In this document: in pieces, positions 16,692-24,967 of the stretch
Position numbering within the stretch: the first letter of the stretch is position 1
How the letters are laid out: every line of letters begins with the position of its first letter
NCBI GenBank assembly: GCA_046262595.1
Contig: JBHEMM010000012.1
Span: 36,235 to 61,201 of the forward strand
Length of the DNA: 24,967 bases
Source of the DNA: Vulcanimicrobiaceae bacterium
Lineage (GTDB): Bacteria; Vulcanimicrobiota; Vulcanimicrobiia; Vulcanimicrobiales; Vulcanimicrobiaceae
Reading direction: 5' to 3'
Notes under the pieces: model-generated
Database searches by the model: none
Told to the model about the DNA's origin: nothing
Seen by the model: the letters and a program-made list of their open reading frames with translations, nothing else
Position numbers and translations under genes: made by a program

Positions 16692-17975
16692 TTACCGCAC
16701 GAGCGTAAGCGTAAGCAGCGCGATGTCGTCGGGGTGCTCCCCGCGCACGACGGCATCGCGGATGGCGCGCGCCGGATGCGCCGATTCACGAACTTCGCGC
16801 CGTTCGAGCGCAGCCATAATGTCCGCTTCGCCTTTTAAATAATCGCGCTGCCACTCCGTGAGCCCGTCGGTAAAGAAGACGGCAAGCGATCCGGGCGCAA
16901 AGCGCACGCGCTGATGGTCGTTTGCGGGCGGGCACATCTTGCGCAATCCGAGCGGCAGACCGCGTTCGGGAAACGGATCGGCGGCGTTCTGTTCGGATCC
17001 GCGCCACACCAGCGGCCCAGGATGCCCCGCCGCAGCGCATTCCAACTGGTGTTCGCGCGGGTCGTACAGCGCGATCACGGCCGTAGCATATTTGCCCGCA
17101 GGAAACTCCGCCTCCACAAGACGGTCCGCGATCGTCAGGATGTCGTTGAGATCGAGATTTGCATAAAAGAGCGCGCGGATCGCGTCGCGCAAACCGACCA
17201 TCAATGCCGCCGCTTCGATGCCGTGCCCGGAGATGTCGCCGATTGAAATGCCGTAGCGTCCGTCCGGCAAAACAAATGCATCGTACCAGTCGCCGCCGAC
17301 CAGAAATTGCGTCTGCGCCGGCTCGTAATAGGCATCGAAGGTCGCGCCATCGCCCGGTGGAAGCGCGCGCGGAAGTGCGGCCAGTTGCATGCGCGTTGCG
17401 GCCGTCATCGTTTCCGAAAAAAGAATGGCTTTGGAGATCGCAATGCCGCAGCGCCGGCCGAGATCTTCGGCGAAGAGCATCGCATTGTCGTCGTAGCGCG
17501 CCTTGCTTTGCGGCGTCCGCACCAGGGTGAGGCTGCCCAAAACGCCCTTTACCGACGAAATCACGGGCACGATGATCATCGAACGGTATTGCATGGCGCG
17601 CATAAACGCCGCGTGCTCCTCGGACGTTGCATTCGCAGCGATGTACGGCTCGTTGACCTCCGGAACGCACACGGCTTTCCCCGACTCGATCACGCGGATA
17701 GCGGCGTGTTTGACGCGCGCGTCTTCAGGATGTAAGAACCTCCCGGCAGTCTGCAGCGCCGGTGTTTGCGACGGTTCGCGATGTGCGGCCGCAACCAACA
17801 TCGTTTCGCCGCTCTCCGCCACGAGATTGAGTATACAAATATCGGCAACGGTTTCCACCGCTGCGTTGCAGACGTTGCGCAGCGTTTCATGGTAGTCGAG
17901 CGAGGCGCCAAGAATTTCGCCGGCTTCAACCAAGAAGCGCAGATACGTCGCATCGAGCGAGGTTACTTTTGGCAT
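16692..17975 (-). CDS. GAF + SpoIIE/RsbU-type PP2C phosphatase
   Basis: GAF region (LGASLDYHETL...YRSMIIVPV...FAEDLGRR) followed by VGGDWYD, IGDISGHG, AAAGHP, FTDGL, DDIALL. Confidence 0.92.
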   Translation of the reverse strand: MPKVTSLDATYLRFLVEAGEILGASLDYHETLRNVCNAAVETVADICILNLVAESGETMLVAAAHREPSQTPALQTAGRFLHPEDARVKHAAIRVIESGKAVCVPEVNEPYIAANATSEEHAAFMRAMQYRSMIIVPVISSVKGVLGSLTLVRTPQSKARYDDNAMLFAEDLGRRCGIAISKAILFSETMTAATRMQLAALPRALPPGDGATFDAYYEPAQTQFLVGGDWYDAFVLPDGRYGISIGDISGHGIEAAALMVGLRDAIRALFYANLDLNDILTIADRLVEAEFPAGKYATAVIALYDPREHQLECAAAGHPGPLVWRGSEQNAADPFPERGLPLGLRKMCPPANDHQRVRFAPGSLAVFFTDGLTEWQRDYLKGEADIMAALERREVRESAHPARAIRDAVVRGEHPDDIALLTLTLVR

Positions 17976-18048
17976 CGGTGGGACTAAGGTTCCCCGGTTA
18001 GCCGGGATTCAAGCCGACGAAAGCAAGCGAAGCGAAGCGGGCCGTTCT

Positions 18049-21000
18049 TTAAGACCGCGCAACCGCGGGCGGTGCGCCGGCGGCAGGCTGCTCGGGCTTG
18101 CCATCCCGGCCCTTGCGGCGGCGGCGCTGCGCCCACGGCTCGACATGGTCGGCGGCCCACAAGTACAGCGTCGGGATGACCAGCAGCGAGAGCATCGTGG
18201 AGCACAGCAAGCCGCCGATCACAACCGTGCCCAGCGGCGCCTGCGTGGAACTGCCCGACTCGATGCCTGAGGCGATCGGAAGCATCCCGCCGACGGTCGC
18301 GAGGGTTGTCATGAGAATCGGCCGCAGCCGCAGCGGCGCCGCCTGCATGAGCGCATCGCGCGCGCTTAAACCGCGCCTGCGCAGTTGATTGGTGAACTCC
18401 ACGACCAGAATCGCATTTTTAACCACAATGCCGACGAGCATCAGCAGCCCGATGAATGCGGTTAAACCGAAGGCGCGGTGCGTCAGGACGAGCGCGATCA
18501 CCACGCCGGCGAGTGAAAGCGGCACCGCGACCATGATGATGACGGGATGCAGCAGCGATTCGAACTGCGAAGCGAGCAGCATGTAAATCAGCAGCACGGC
18601 AAGCAGCACGATCAGGCCCAAACTCCCGAACGTTTGGTTCTGCTGCGTTACTGACTGACCGAACTGCCAGTAATAACCGGCCGGAAGCGGCGTCGTGTTC
18701 ATGATGTTGGCCGCCGCCGTAACGGCGGCCCCAAGCGGAAGGCCGGCGAGCGTGGCGGTAACGTCAATTTCACGCTGCTTGTTTTGCCGCGTGATTTCCG
18801 ACGGGCCGACGCCGGTGGAGATTTGCGCCACTTCGCTTAGCGGCAGCGTCTGAAGACTGTACGACTGCCCGGCAACCGGCGTGCTCGTTGCAGTCAAGCC
18901 CGTCCCGCCGGCTCCCTGAGCGGCCGGAATCTGCAGGTTCTGAATCGTTTGAAACGAGCGCCGCTGATCGGGCGGCAGCTGCACGACGATCGGGTATTCG
19001 GTGCCGTTGATTTGCAGGAACGATCCGGTGCTGCCGCTTGTCGCCGTATCGATCGTTTGCGCGATGGATTGCGTGGAAATGCCGAGCTGCGCGGCTTGGC
19101 CGCGATTAACTTGAATGTTGAGCAGCGGCTGCGATGGCGTGATGCCGGTGTCCGGCCGCGTGATGCCCTGCACCTGCGAGAGACGCGGAATCACTTGGGT
19201 CTGCGCGATTGTATACAGCTGGTTCATGTCCGGCCCGTAGATCTGCAGATCCAGCGAATCTTGGCCGCGCGAAATAACGTTTTGAATGATGTCGATCGTT
19301 CGTCCGAACGCCATCAATCCGGGAATCGGCTGGCCAAAGACTTTGCGCAATGCCGCGAATTGTGGATTCGGTTTGCGCGGTGCCGCGCCCGCCGGACGCC
19401 GCCCCGAAAACGTGCCGTTAAGCGCGCCCTGCCATTGCTGAACGAACTGCGCCGCGGCGGAGCCGCTTACGCTGGGCTTGAGCACGACCGAAAGACTGGC
19501 GACGTTGGAAGCTGCGCCGCCGCCGTAACCACCGCTGCCCACGCTCGCGCCGATATCCGAGACGCGCGGGTCGCGCTTCATACGACTCTCGACGTCGGTT
19601 GAAACGGCGTTCATGATGTTGAGCGCGGTGCCGTTAGGCATGCGCAAATTGAAGCGCACGAAGCGTGAATTGGACGAGGGAAACATTTCGGTCGTCACCG
19701 CTCCGAAATACAGCGCGATCAGCGTTGCTGCCAAAATAGCTGCCGCGAACGCCACGACACGCCCGGGATGGTCGAGCGACCAGGACAGCCGCCCCCGGTA
19801 CCAGGCGGCGAAGCGTTCATACCCGCGGTCGAAGCGCGAAACAAACCGCGCATACGGGCCTTTAGGATGCCCGTTCGTGTGCGGCTTTTCATCGCGCAGC
19901 AGTAGCGTAGAGAGCATCGGAACGGTGGTGACGGCGACAACGAACGAGATGCCTACTGCGACCATCACCATGAGCGCGAACGGTTTGAAGATCAGTCCCT
20001 GCAAACCCGGGATAAGCATCAGCGGCACGAACACGGTGATGACGGTCACCGAAGAAGCGAGCACGGCCGTCAAGATTTCGGTGACAGCGCTTTCTGCCGC
20101 TTCCTTCACGTGCTGTCCGCGGGTCATGTGGCGGTGAATGTTTTCGATCACGACGATGGCGTCGTCCACAATGAGGCCGACGGCCAGTGCCAAACCTCCC
20201 AGCGTCATCGTGTTGAGCGTGTAGCCGAACATGTACGCGGCGAACAGCGTTCCGAGCACGGAAATCGGCAGCGAGATCGCGACGATGAGCGTGGAGCGCC
20301 ACGAGTGCAGGAAGAGCAGAATGATCAAAATCGCCAGCATGGCGCCGTAAAACGCCGTATGTTCGAGCGCATTCACCGCGTCAACGATGAAGCCGCGCTG
20401 ATCGAAAGCGACTGCTACGTGCATGCCGGGGTAGCGTTTTTGCAGCTGAGCGATTTTCGCGTAGACGCCGTTGGCCGTTTGCACGACGTTCGCGTTCGGC
20501 TGCGCGATGATCGAAACGCTCACCGATTGCGTTCCGTTCAGGCGCTGAAAAGTGCGCTGTTCTTGAATGGAGTCGGTGACCGAGGCCACGTCGTGCAGGT
20601 AAACCGGAGCGCCGTTCTTCGTGGTGACGATGATGTTGCCGACATCTTGAGCGTTCTTGAACAGCTCGTTGGCTTGAATCTGATACTCTTTATTGGCGAT
20701 CTGCACCAAGCCGGCGGGCAGATTCAAATTCTCCTGACCAACGCGCGAGACAATTTGGGCCATCGTGATGCCGTAGCCCGAGAGCTTGTTGATGTCCGGC
20801 TGCACCATGATGGCACGCGTTTGAGAGTTGTTCACGCCGACCGATGCAACGCCGGCAACGCTGGAGAACTCGTCGGCAAGGGTGTTCGTCCAAAGGTCAC
20901 CCAAATCGCGGATGCTTAAGTTCGGGTCCGTGACGTACATGCGCACGACGGGCAGCTGATTGGGATCGAATTTGTTGATCGTGGGCTGCGAGAGGTTGGG

Positions 21001-21366
21001 ATCGTTCGGCAGCGAGCTCCAAATGCGCGAAACCTGTTCCTGCACGTCCACGGCAGCCGTATCGATATTCGTGCCGTAATAAAACTGCGCGGTGACTTCG
21101 CTCTGTCCTTCGGACGAAGAAGAGTTGATCTGCTGAATGCCGGCAACGCGGCTCACCGCATTTTCCAGCGGGCGCGTGATCAGTGTTTCCATCTGCTGCG
21201 GCGCGACGTTTTGATAGTTTACCGAGACGTTGACGACCGGCGGCGAGAAGCTCGGCAAAAGGTCCACGGGCAACCGCGGAAAGGCAAATAAACCCAGCAC
21301 GATGATCGCGCAAGCAATCATGGCGACGGTCACGCGGCGGCCGACGGCGAATTTGGCGATGGACAT
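18049..21366 (-). CDS. RND efflux permease (AcrB/AcrD/AcrF family)
   Basis: 1105 aa. LPVDLLP, ITRPLENAV, GLIVDDAIVVIENI, GIVVKNAILVVEF, RLRPILMTT, PLGTVVIGGL. Confidence 0.95.
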   Translation of the reverse strand: MSIAKFAVGRRVTVAMIACAIIVLGLFAFPRLPVDLLPSFSPPVVNVSVNYQNVAPQQMETLITRPLENAVSRVAGIQQINSSSSEGQSEVTAQFYYGTNIDTAAVDVQEQVSRIWSSLPNDPNLSQPTINKFDPNQLPVVRMYVTDPNLSIRDLGDLWTNTLADEFSSVAGVASVGVNNSQTRAIMVQPDINKLSGYGITMAQIVSRVGQENLNLPAGLVQIANKEYQIQANELFKNAQDVGNIIVTTKNGAPVYLHDVASVTDSIQEQRTFQRLNGTQSVSVSIIAQPNANVVQTANGVYAKIAQLQKRYPGMHVAVAFDQRGFIVDAVNALEHTAFYGAMLAILIILLFLHSWRSTLIVAISLPISVLGTLFAAYMFGYTLNTMTLGGLALAVGLIVDDAIVVIENIHRHMTRGQHVKEAAESAVTEILTAVLASSVTVITVFVPLMLIPGLQGLIFKPFALMVMVAVGISFVVAVTTVPMLSTLLLRDEKPHTNGHPKGPYARFVSRFDRGYERFAAWYRGRLSWSLDHPGRVVAFAAAILAATLIALYFGAVTTEMFPSSNSRFVRFNLRMPNGTALNIMNAVSTDVESRMKRDPRVSDIGASVGSGGYGGGAASNVASLSVVLKPSVSGSAAAQFVQQWQGALNGTFSGRRPAGAAPRKPNPQFAALRKVFGQPIPGLMAFGRTIDIIQNVISRGQDSLDLQIYGPDMNQLYTIAQTQVIPRLSQVQGITRPDTGITPSQPLLNIQVNRGQAAQLGISTQSIAQTIDTATSGSTGSFLQINGTEYPIVVQLPPDQRRSFQTIQNLQIPAAQGAGGTGLTATSTPVAGQSYSLQTLPLSEVAQISTGVGPSEITRQNKQREIDVTATLAGLPLGAAVTAAANIMNTTPLPAGYYWQFGQSVTQQNQTFGSLGLIVLLAVLLIYMLLASQFESLLHPVIIMVAVPLSLAGVVIALVLTHRAFGLTAFIGLLMLVGIVVKNAILVVEFTNQLRRRGLSARDALMQAAPLRLRPILMTTLATVGGMLPIASGIESGSSTQAPLGTVVIGGLLCSTMLSLLVIPTLYLWAADHVEPWAQRRRRKGRDGKPEQPAAGAPPAVARS

Positions 21367-21436
21367 GCGTTAGCGAATGGTTCCCATTTGTGCGCAACAA
21401 CCATGACATAGGGCGGTTAGAAGCCCCTGAGAGTCC

Positions 21437-21466
21437 TTGCCCCTTTACGTGGCACTATGATAAACT
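21437..21466 (+). promoter_or_regulatory. sigma70-type promoter of rpsF-ssb
   Basis: TTGCCC-N18-TAAACT with TGa extension. Confidence 0.55.
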
Positions 21467-21499
21467 AGCCCGGTTCCGGGCGCGTGCGCCTGCAAGAAC

Positions 21500-21563
21500 G
21501 CACCTACTGCCCGCCGCTCACCGGTGGGCCGCCCGCTGAGCGGGTGTCCGAAGAGGGAACGTC
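21500..21563 (+). ncRNA. Probable S6:S18 ribosomal protein leader RNA
   Basis: In the rpsF 5' UTR. Hairpin GCCCGCCG-CTCAC-CGGTGGGC (21509-21529), second hairpin CGCCCGC-TGA-GCGGGTG (21530-21546), then TCCG directly before the purine-rich SD AAGAGGGA. This matches the known CCR-before-SD layout. Confidence 0.6.
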
Positions 21564-21914
21564 ATGGCCACCGACTACGAAGTCACCTATATTTTGCGTC
21601 CGAACCTTGAAGAAAACGAGGCCGCCCAGCGCACCGCCGCGATGGCCGACGTGCTGAAAAACAACGGCGGCGAGGTTTTGAACACCGAGATCCTCGGCAA
21701 GAAGCGCCTGGCATACGAGATCAACGACGTACGCGAGGGCATCTATGCCGTGATGCGTTTCCAAGCCACGGCGCAGGCCGCGCACGAGCTCGAGCGCCAG
21801 CTCGGCCTGAACGAAGACGTGATGCGCTCGCTGCTCATCAAACTCGACAAGCAGGCATTGGCGGCCGAAAAAGCCGGCCCGCCGCCCGCCCCGGCCGCAG
21901 GCGCACCCGTTTAA
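21564..21914 (+). CDS. rpsF: 30S ribosomal protein S6
   Basis: YEVTYILRPNL, GKKRLAYEI, EGIY, ELERQLGLNEDVMRSL. Confidence 0.97.
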   Translation: MATDYEVTYILRPNLEENEAAQRTAAMADVLKNNGGEVLNTEILGKKRLAYEINDVREGIYAVMRFQATAQAAHELERQLGLNEDVMRSLLIKLDKQALAAEKAGPPPAPAAGAPV

Positions 21915-22002
21915 AGGATGCCAGGCCCCTGGCACGGGGCCGCGGTACACTCCTTATCGAACCCGCAAGAACAGCATCATCGATTGAAGAGAGAACACGC
22001 AT

Positions 22003-22431
22003 ATGGCAGGGTCGTTTAATAAAGTCATTCTCGTCGGCCGGGTCGTTCGCGACCCCGAAATCCGTTACATCGCATCGGGCGCCGGCGTCACAAAGTTTTC
22101 CATCGCCGTCAACCCGAACAAACGCGACGCCAAACCCGAGGACACGCTGTTCGCGGATATCGTGGCTTGGGAGAAACTCGCCGAAACCTGCAACACGTAC
22201 CTGAAAAAGGGCATGAACGTGCTGGTTGAAGGTCGCCTCGTTATCCGTTCGTTCGACGACAAAGAAGGCAACAAACGCAAAGCGACGGAGATCGTGATCA
22301 ACACGATGCAGATGCTCGACTCTCCTCGCGATCGCCAAGAATCCGCCGGCGGCGACTTTGCCCCCGTGGGCGCAGCGACGGGCGGCGGCGCACGCATGGA
22401 CGACGCTTTAGACGAAGAGATTCCTTTCTAG
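22003..22431 (+). CDS. ssb: Single-stranded DNA-binding protein
   Basis: NKVILVGRVVRDPEIRY, YLKKGMNVLVEGRL, acidic tail DEEIPF. Confidence 0.97.
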   Translation: MAGSFNKVILVGRVVRDPEIRYIASGAGVTKFSIAVNPNKRDAKPEDTLFADIVAWEKLAETCNTYLKKGMNVLVEGRLVIRSFDDKEGNKRKATEIVINTMQMLDSPRDRQESAGGDFAPVGAATGGGARMDDALDEEIPF

Positions 22432-22448
22432 CTTTCTAGCCTTTCTAG
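22424..22448. repeat. Three tandem copies of CTTTCTAG
   Basis: 22424-22431 (includes the ssb stop), 22432-22439 and 22441-22448. Confidence 0.9.
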
Positions 22449-22644
22449 TGCTGTCTCACCGTAACCGATCAAAAATAGTCAGTTAGGGTGAAAGATCCTA
22501 ATAGGGTGAAATGCAGCATCGCCTTGCAAGCATACATAGCAAAACGCCCTGTCTTTACAGGGCGTTTCGCTATTTTGACTTTGCCTTGCTGCTTATCACT
22601 CGCGCGTCACTTAACGCTCGCGTTTCATTCTAACTAAAGTGCTG
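22449..22644. repeat. Array of TCAY-(2-3 nt)-TAAC-like motifs in both orientations (mobile-element end / att-like)
   Basis: TCTCACCGTAAC 22454-22465(+), GTTAGGGTGAAA 22482-22493, TAGGGTGAAA 22502-22511, CGTCACTTAAC 22605-22615, TTTCATTCTAAC 22623-22634. Confidence 0.6.
22536..22576 (+). terminator. Rho-independent terminator (possibly bidirectional)
   Basis: ATAGCAAAACGCCCTGT-CTTT-ACAGGGCGTTTCGCTAT (one mismatch), followed by TTT. Confidence 0.75.
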
Positions 22645-22684
22645 GCTAAGACGGCCGCCTAGTGCTACCGTCTATACCGGCATC

Positions 22685-23178
22685 CTATGCAGCGTTATTG
22701 AACAGCGGCGCATCTGGCGGCGGAAACGACGCGAAGGTGTGAGGTAGTCGATTTCCACGCCGGTCTCTTTTTCCAACTGCACTGTCGTCCGCAACGTAGA
22801 TGCACTTGCAAAGCAGTTCATTGATCCAAGCAACGCATGGATCGTTCGAATTACGGATCTGGCGCTTTCGGCCGCGTGACCAGTAGTAACCAGTCGCTAC
22901 GCGTTTGAACACCCAGAAAAGGCATTCGATCTTAGCCCGAAAGCGACAGGCTTCGTGGAAATCTCGATTGTGGCGGCGGTCGAGAAATTCAACGCTTGGC
23001 GGTACATGCGTTTTCCGTCTTGAAACCATCGCCTCTTTACAGGGATGGCGGCCTTGAGGCCATGCTCGGCGAGCCAAGTCAACGCGTCCTCTGAGAGATA
23101 CGCCTTGTCACTAGCTCTATAGCGCAATTTACACTGGGCCTGCGATTTCGTCGTGTTTCTTGATTTCTTGTTGCGCAT
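22685..23178 (-). pseudogene. Frameshifted DDE transposase C-terminal remnant (IS4/IS5-like DDE_Tnp_1)
   Basis: SDKAYLS...GLKAAIPVK is in one frame (22897..23178). RAKIECLFWVFKR (R-x3-E-x6-K) and NELLCK are in another (22685..23077). The N-terminus is missing. Confidence 0.7.
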
Positions 23179-23886
23179 TTGCGCAGGATCGTTTCTTTGT
23201 GGTACAAAGTTAGTACCGTGACATTGTCGCTCACGCTCAACCGCCGCGTTCGCGTCATCTCAGTTGTCTGGCTGGGGCTTCTTTTCATAGCGATAGCGTG
23301 GCCGATAACCATGTTCATCGTTTGGTTGATAGCTGCTGCCTCGCGGCTTACCGGCTACCGATGGCGCAAAAACGTGCTTCTTTCCGGCCTGTTCTTGACG
23401 ACCATTGGAGCGGCCTTAATGAGTACGCGGATAGCGCAGCAGGTTCGAATTGACAGTGCATCCTCATGCGCCACCCACGGAGATGCGTCGGTAATGGATT
23501 CGCACACACACATCATCCGTGGCCCAGGCGGCATTCGCGCCATCGTTCGCTCAGAGGTCTGTGCTTATGGTTTGGCGCAAGGCGGCGTTGTCCGCTATGT
23601 TTTTATCGCGCCTCGAAACAATCTAAACCGTAGAAGCCTGCTGCTGCGCTACACATCGAATTATCCTGACTACCGTATGGCGAACCCGCCGCAAGTACGC
23701 TGGACTTCGAATAAGCTTGACGTTGTCGTGCCTAAAGGCTCAATTTATGCTCTGACCTACCGACAAAATCGAGTTGCCAATATTGAGATACACTATAACA
23801 TGCACCCGGAGGAAGACGATTCATTTGTAACGGGACAAATCTGGCGAGCCGCTGTTGGCGCGACAATCGTCGACGTGTTGCTCTAG
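23179..23886 (+). CDS. Hypothetical membrane-anchored protein, lower GC
   Basis: Two to three hydrophobic N-terminal segments, then a soluble region with two Cys and PPQVRWTS. Many A/T-ending codons. True start may be GTG 23218 or later. Confidence 0.55.
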   Translation: MRRIVSLWYKVSTVTLSLTLNRRVRVISVVWLGLLFIAIAWPITMFIVWLIAAASRLTGYRWRKNVLLSGLFLTTIGAALMSTRIAQQVRIDSASSCATHGDASVMDSHTHIIRGPGGIRAIVRSEVCAYGLAQGGVVRYVFIAPRNNLNRRSLLLRYTSNYPDYRMANPPQVRWTSNKLDVVVPKGSIYALTYRQNRVANIEIHYNMHPEEDDSFVTGQIWRAAVGATIVDVLL

Positions 23887-23922
23887 CAAATGCATCGAAT
23901 GTCAAAATCCATGAAGGCCTTC

Positions 23923-24784
23923 TGAAGCTGATCCGGTTCGGTGGACGGTTGCAGATTGGACATCAGGCGGGTTGACTCATCCGCCGCTCGAACTCCATGG
24001 GCGAGATATTCCCGATCGCCGTATGCCGTCGGCGCCGGTTGTACCAACCTTCGATAAAGTCGAAGGCTGCAAGTGAAGCCTCGCGCTGATTCTTGAAGCG
24101 ATGTTGAACCAGCAGCTCGCATCCGAGCGTTGCGTTGAAACTCTCGCACATCGCGTTGTCGTAGCAATCTCCGACCGGTCCCATCGATGGTTGAACGCCG
24201 GCTTCTTTGTAGCGTTTTTCGAACGCAATGGATGTGTATTGGCAGCCTTGGTCGGAATGATGAATGACGCCGCTGGGTTTGCGCCGATAGAGTGCCATGT
24301 TGAGCGCGTCAAGGACGAGTTCGGTGCGCAGATGATTCGCCATTGCCCAACCGACGACGCGACGGCTGTAGACATCGAGCACAACCGCAAGGAACAAGAA
24401 GCCGCTCCACGCTGGTACGTAACGTGATATCCGAGACCCAGAGCCGATCGGGCGCCGCCGCCGTGAAGTTGCGACCGACGAGGTGGGTGCGGGCCGCGCG
24501 TCGCGATCACGAATCGTTGCTTTGAAGCCTTTTCGCCTTGTGGCGCCGACGATTTTACGTTCTCGCATAACGCGCGCAATGCGTTTGTCGCTTACGCGAA
24601 CGCCTTCGTCCTGGAGGCTCGGCCTGCAGCCGCGGTCGCCCGTATGTTGCACGCGATTGGCGGTGCAACGCTTCGAGGCGATCGCCGAGCAACGCATCCG
24701 CCCTGCGGCGTTGCGATGGGACACGGTTCAACCACGCATAGTACCCGCTCGCGGAAACGTCGAGCACCTGGCACAGCGTAGTAA
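23923..24784 (-). mobile_element. IS3-family element remnant (orfB pseudogene + right IR)
   Basis: LDVSASGYY, TYGRPRL, LWVSDIT, LDVYSRRVVGW, HHSDQGCQYTS, CYDNAMCESF, WYNRRRRH spread over three frames. IRR TGAAGCTGATCCGGTTCGGTGGACGG at 23923-23948. Confidence 0.9.
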
Positions 24785-24967
24785 TGAAGTGACCCCGCGG
24801 TTTCTGGACAGATTAGGCGCTTAATTCGCTCTGCCGGCGGCGCCATTCGGCCGGCGCGAGATATTTCAGCCCTGAATGCGGCCGGGTCTCATTGTCGTGT
24901 TTTACCCAGGCAGTGATAGCAGTTTTTGCTTCTTCGTACGTTTCAAACTGACGTGTAGCCCGTAAAG
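24785..24967 (-). mobile_element. Second IS3-family element, 3' end (runs off window)
   Basis: IR TGAAGTGACCCCGCGGTTTCTGGACA at 24785-24810. Minus-strand frame FETYEEAKTAITAWVKHDNETRPHSGLKYLAPAEWRR ends at TAA 24813-24815 and resembles an IS3 integrase-core C-terminus. Confidence 0.8.

Noticed and set aside
18021..18039. AAGC(G) short tandem repeat
   Set aside because: Low-complexity microsatellite with no evident function.
21924..21951. GGCCCC/GGGGCC hairpin and TACACT between rpsF and ssb as terminator or promoter
   Set aside because: No U-tract after the hairpin and no credible -35; too weak to call.
21959..21972. LexA box (GAAC...GAAC) before ssb
   Set aside because: Spacing is 6 nt, not the 7 nt of the alphaproteobacterial box, and it is not the palindromic GAAC-N4-GTTC type.
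22459..22635. Integron attC site
   Set aside because: The long palindrome runs GTT...AAC, opposite to the attC order. The one AAC...GTT pair is only 16 nt apart, and no integrase or cassette array is present.
22424..22666. CRISPR array
   Set aside because: Repeats are short, degenerate and in mixed orientation, with no regular spacers and no cas genes.

Overview
High-GC bacterial chromosomal window. The protein style tentatively suggests Ca. Eremiobacterota/Vulcanimicrobiota, but this cannot be verified here. About 1-22430 is core-like: the end of a flagellar export operon (fliR partial, flhB, flhA), secD-secF, a HIRAN + RecQ-like helicase + RecJ-C-terminal-like protein in the usual recJ position, a GT39 glycosyltransferase, a minus-strand block (clostripain-like peptidase, a 58-aa membrane protein missing from the ORF track, a DUF4097-like minigene, a TonB-like protein), apt, an exported hypothetical, relA/spoT, a TauE/SafE permease with no canonical start codon, a GAF-PP2C phosphatase, an orphan RND pump, and rpsF-ssb with a probable S6:S18 leader but no rpsR. 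Right after the ssb stop the DNA becomes accessory: a triple CTTTCTAG, a ~190-bp motif-rich palindromic element around a strong terminator, a frameshifted DDE transposase, a lower-GC membrane/exported protein and two nested IS3-family remnants. No rRNA, tRNA or CRISPR array was seen. The best candidates for new biology are the nuclease-less HIRAN-helicase in the recJ slot and the repeat-structured element at the ssb 3' end. All family calls come from reading motifs by eye; no database search was run.
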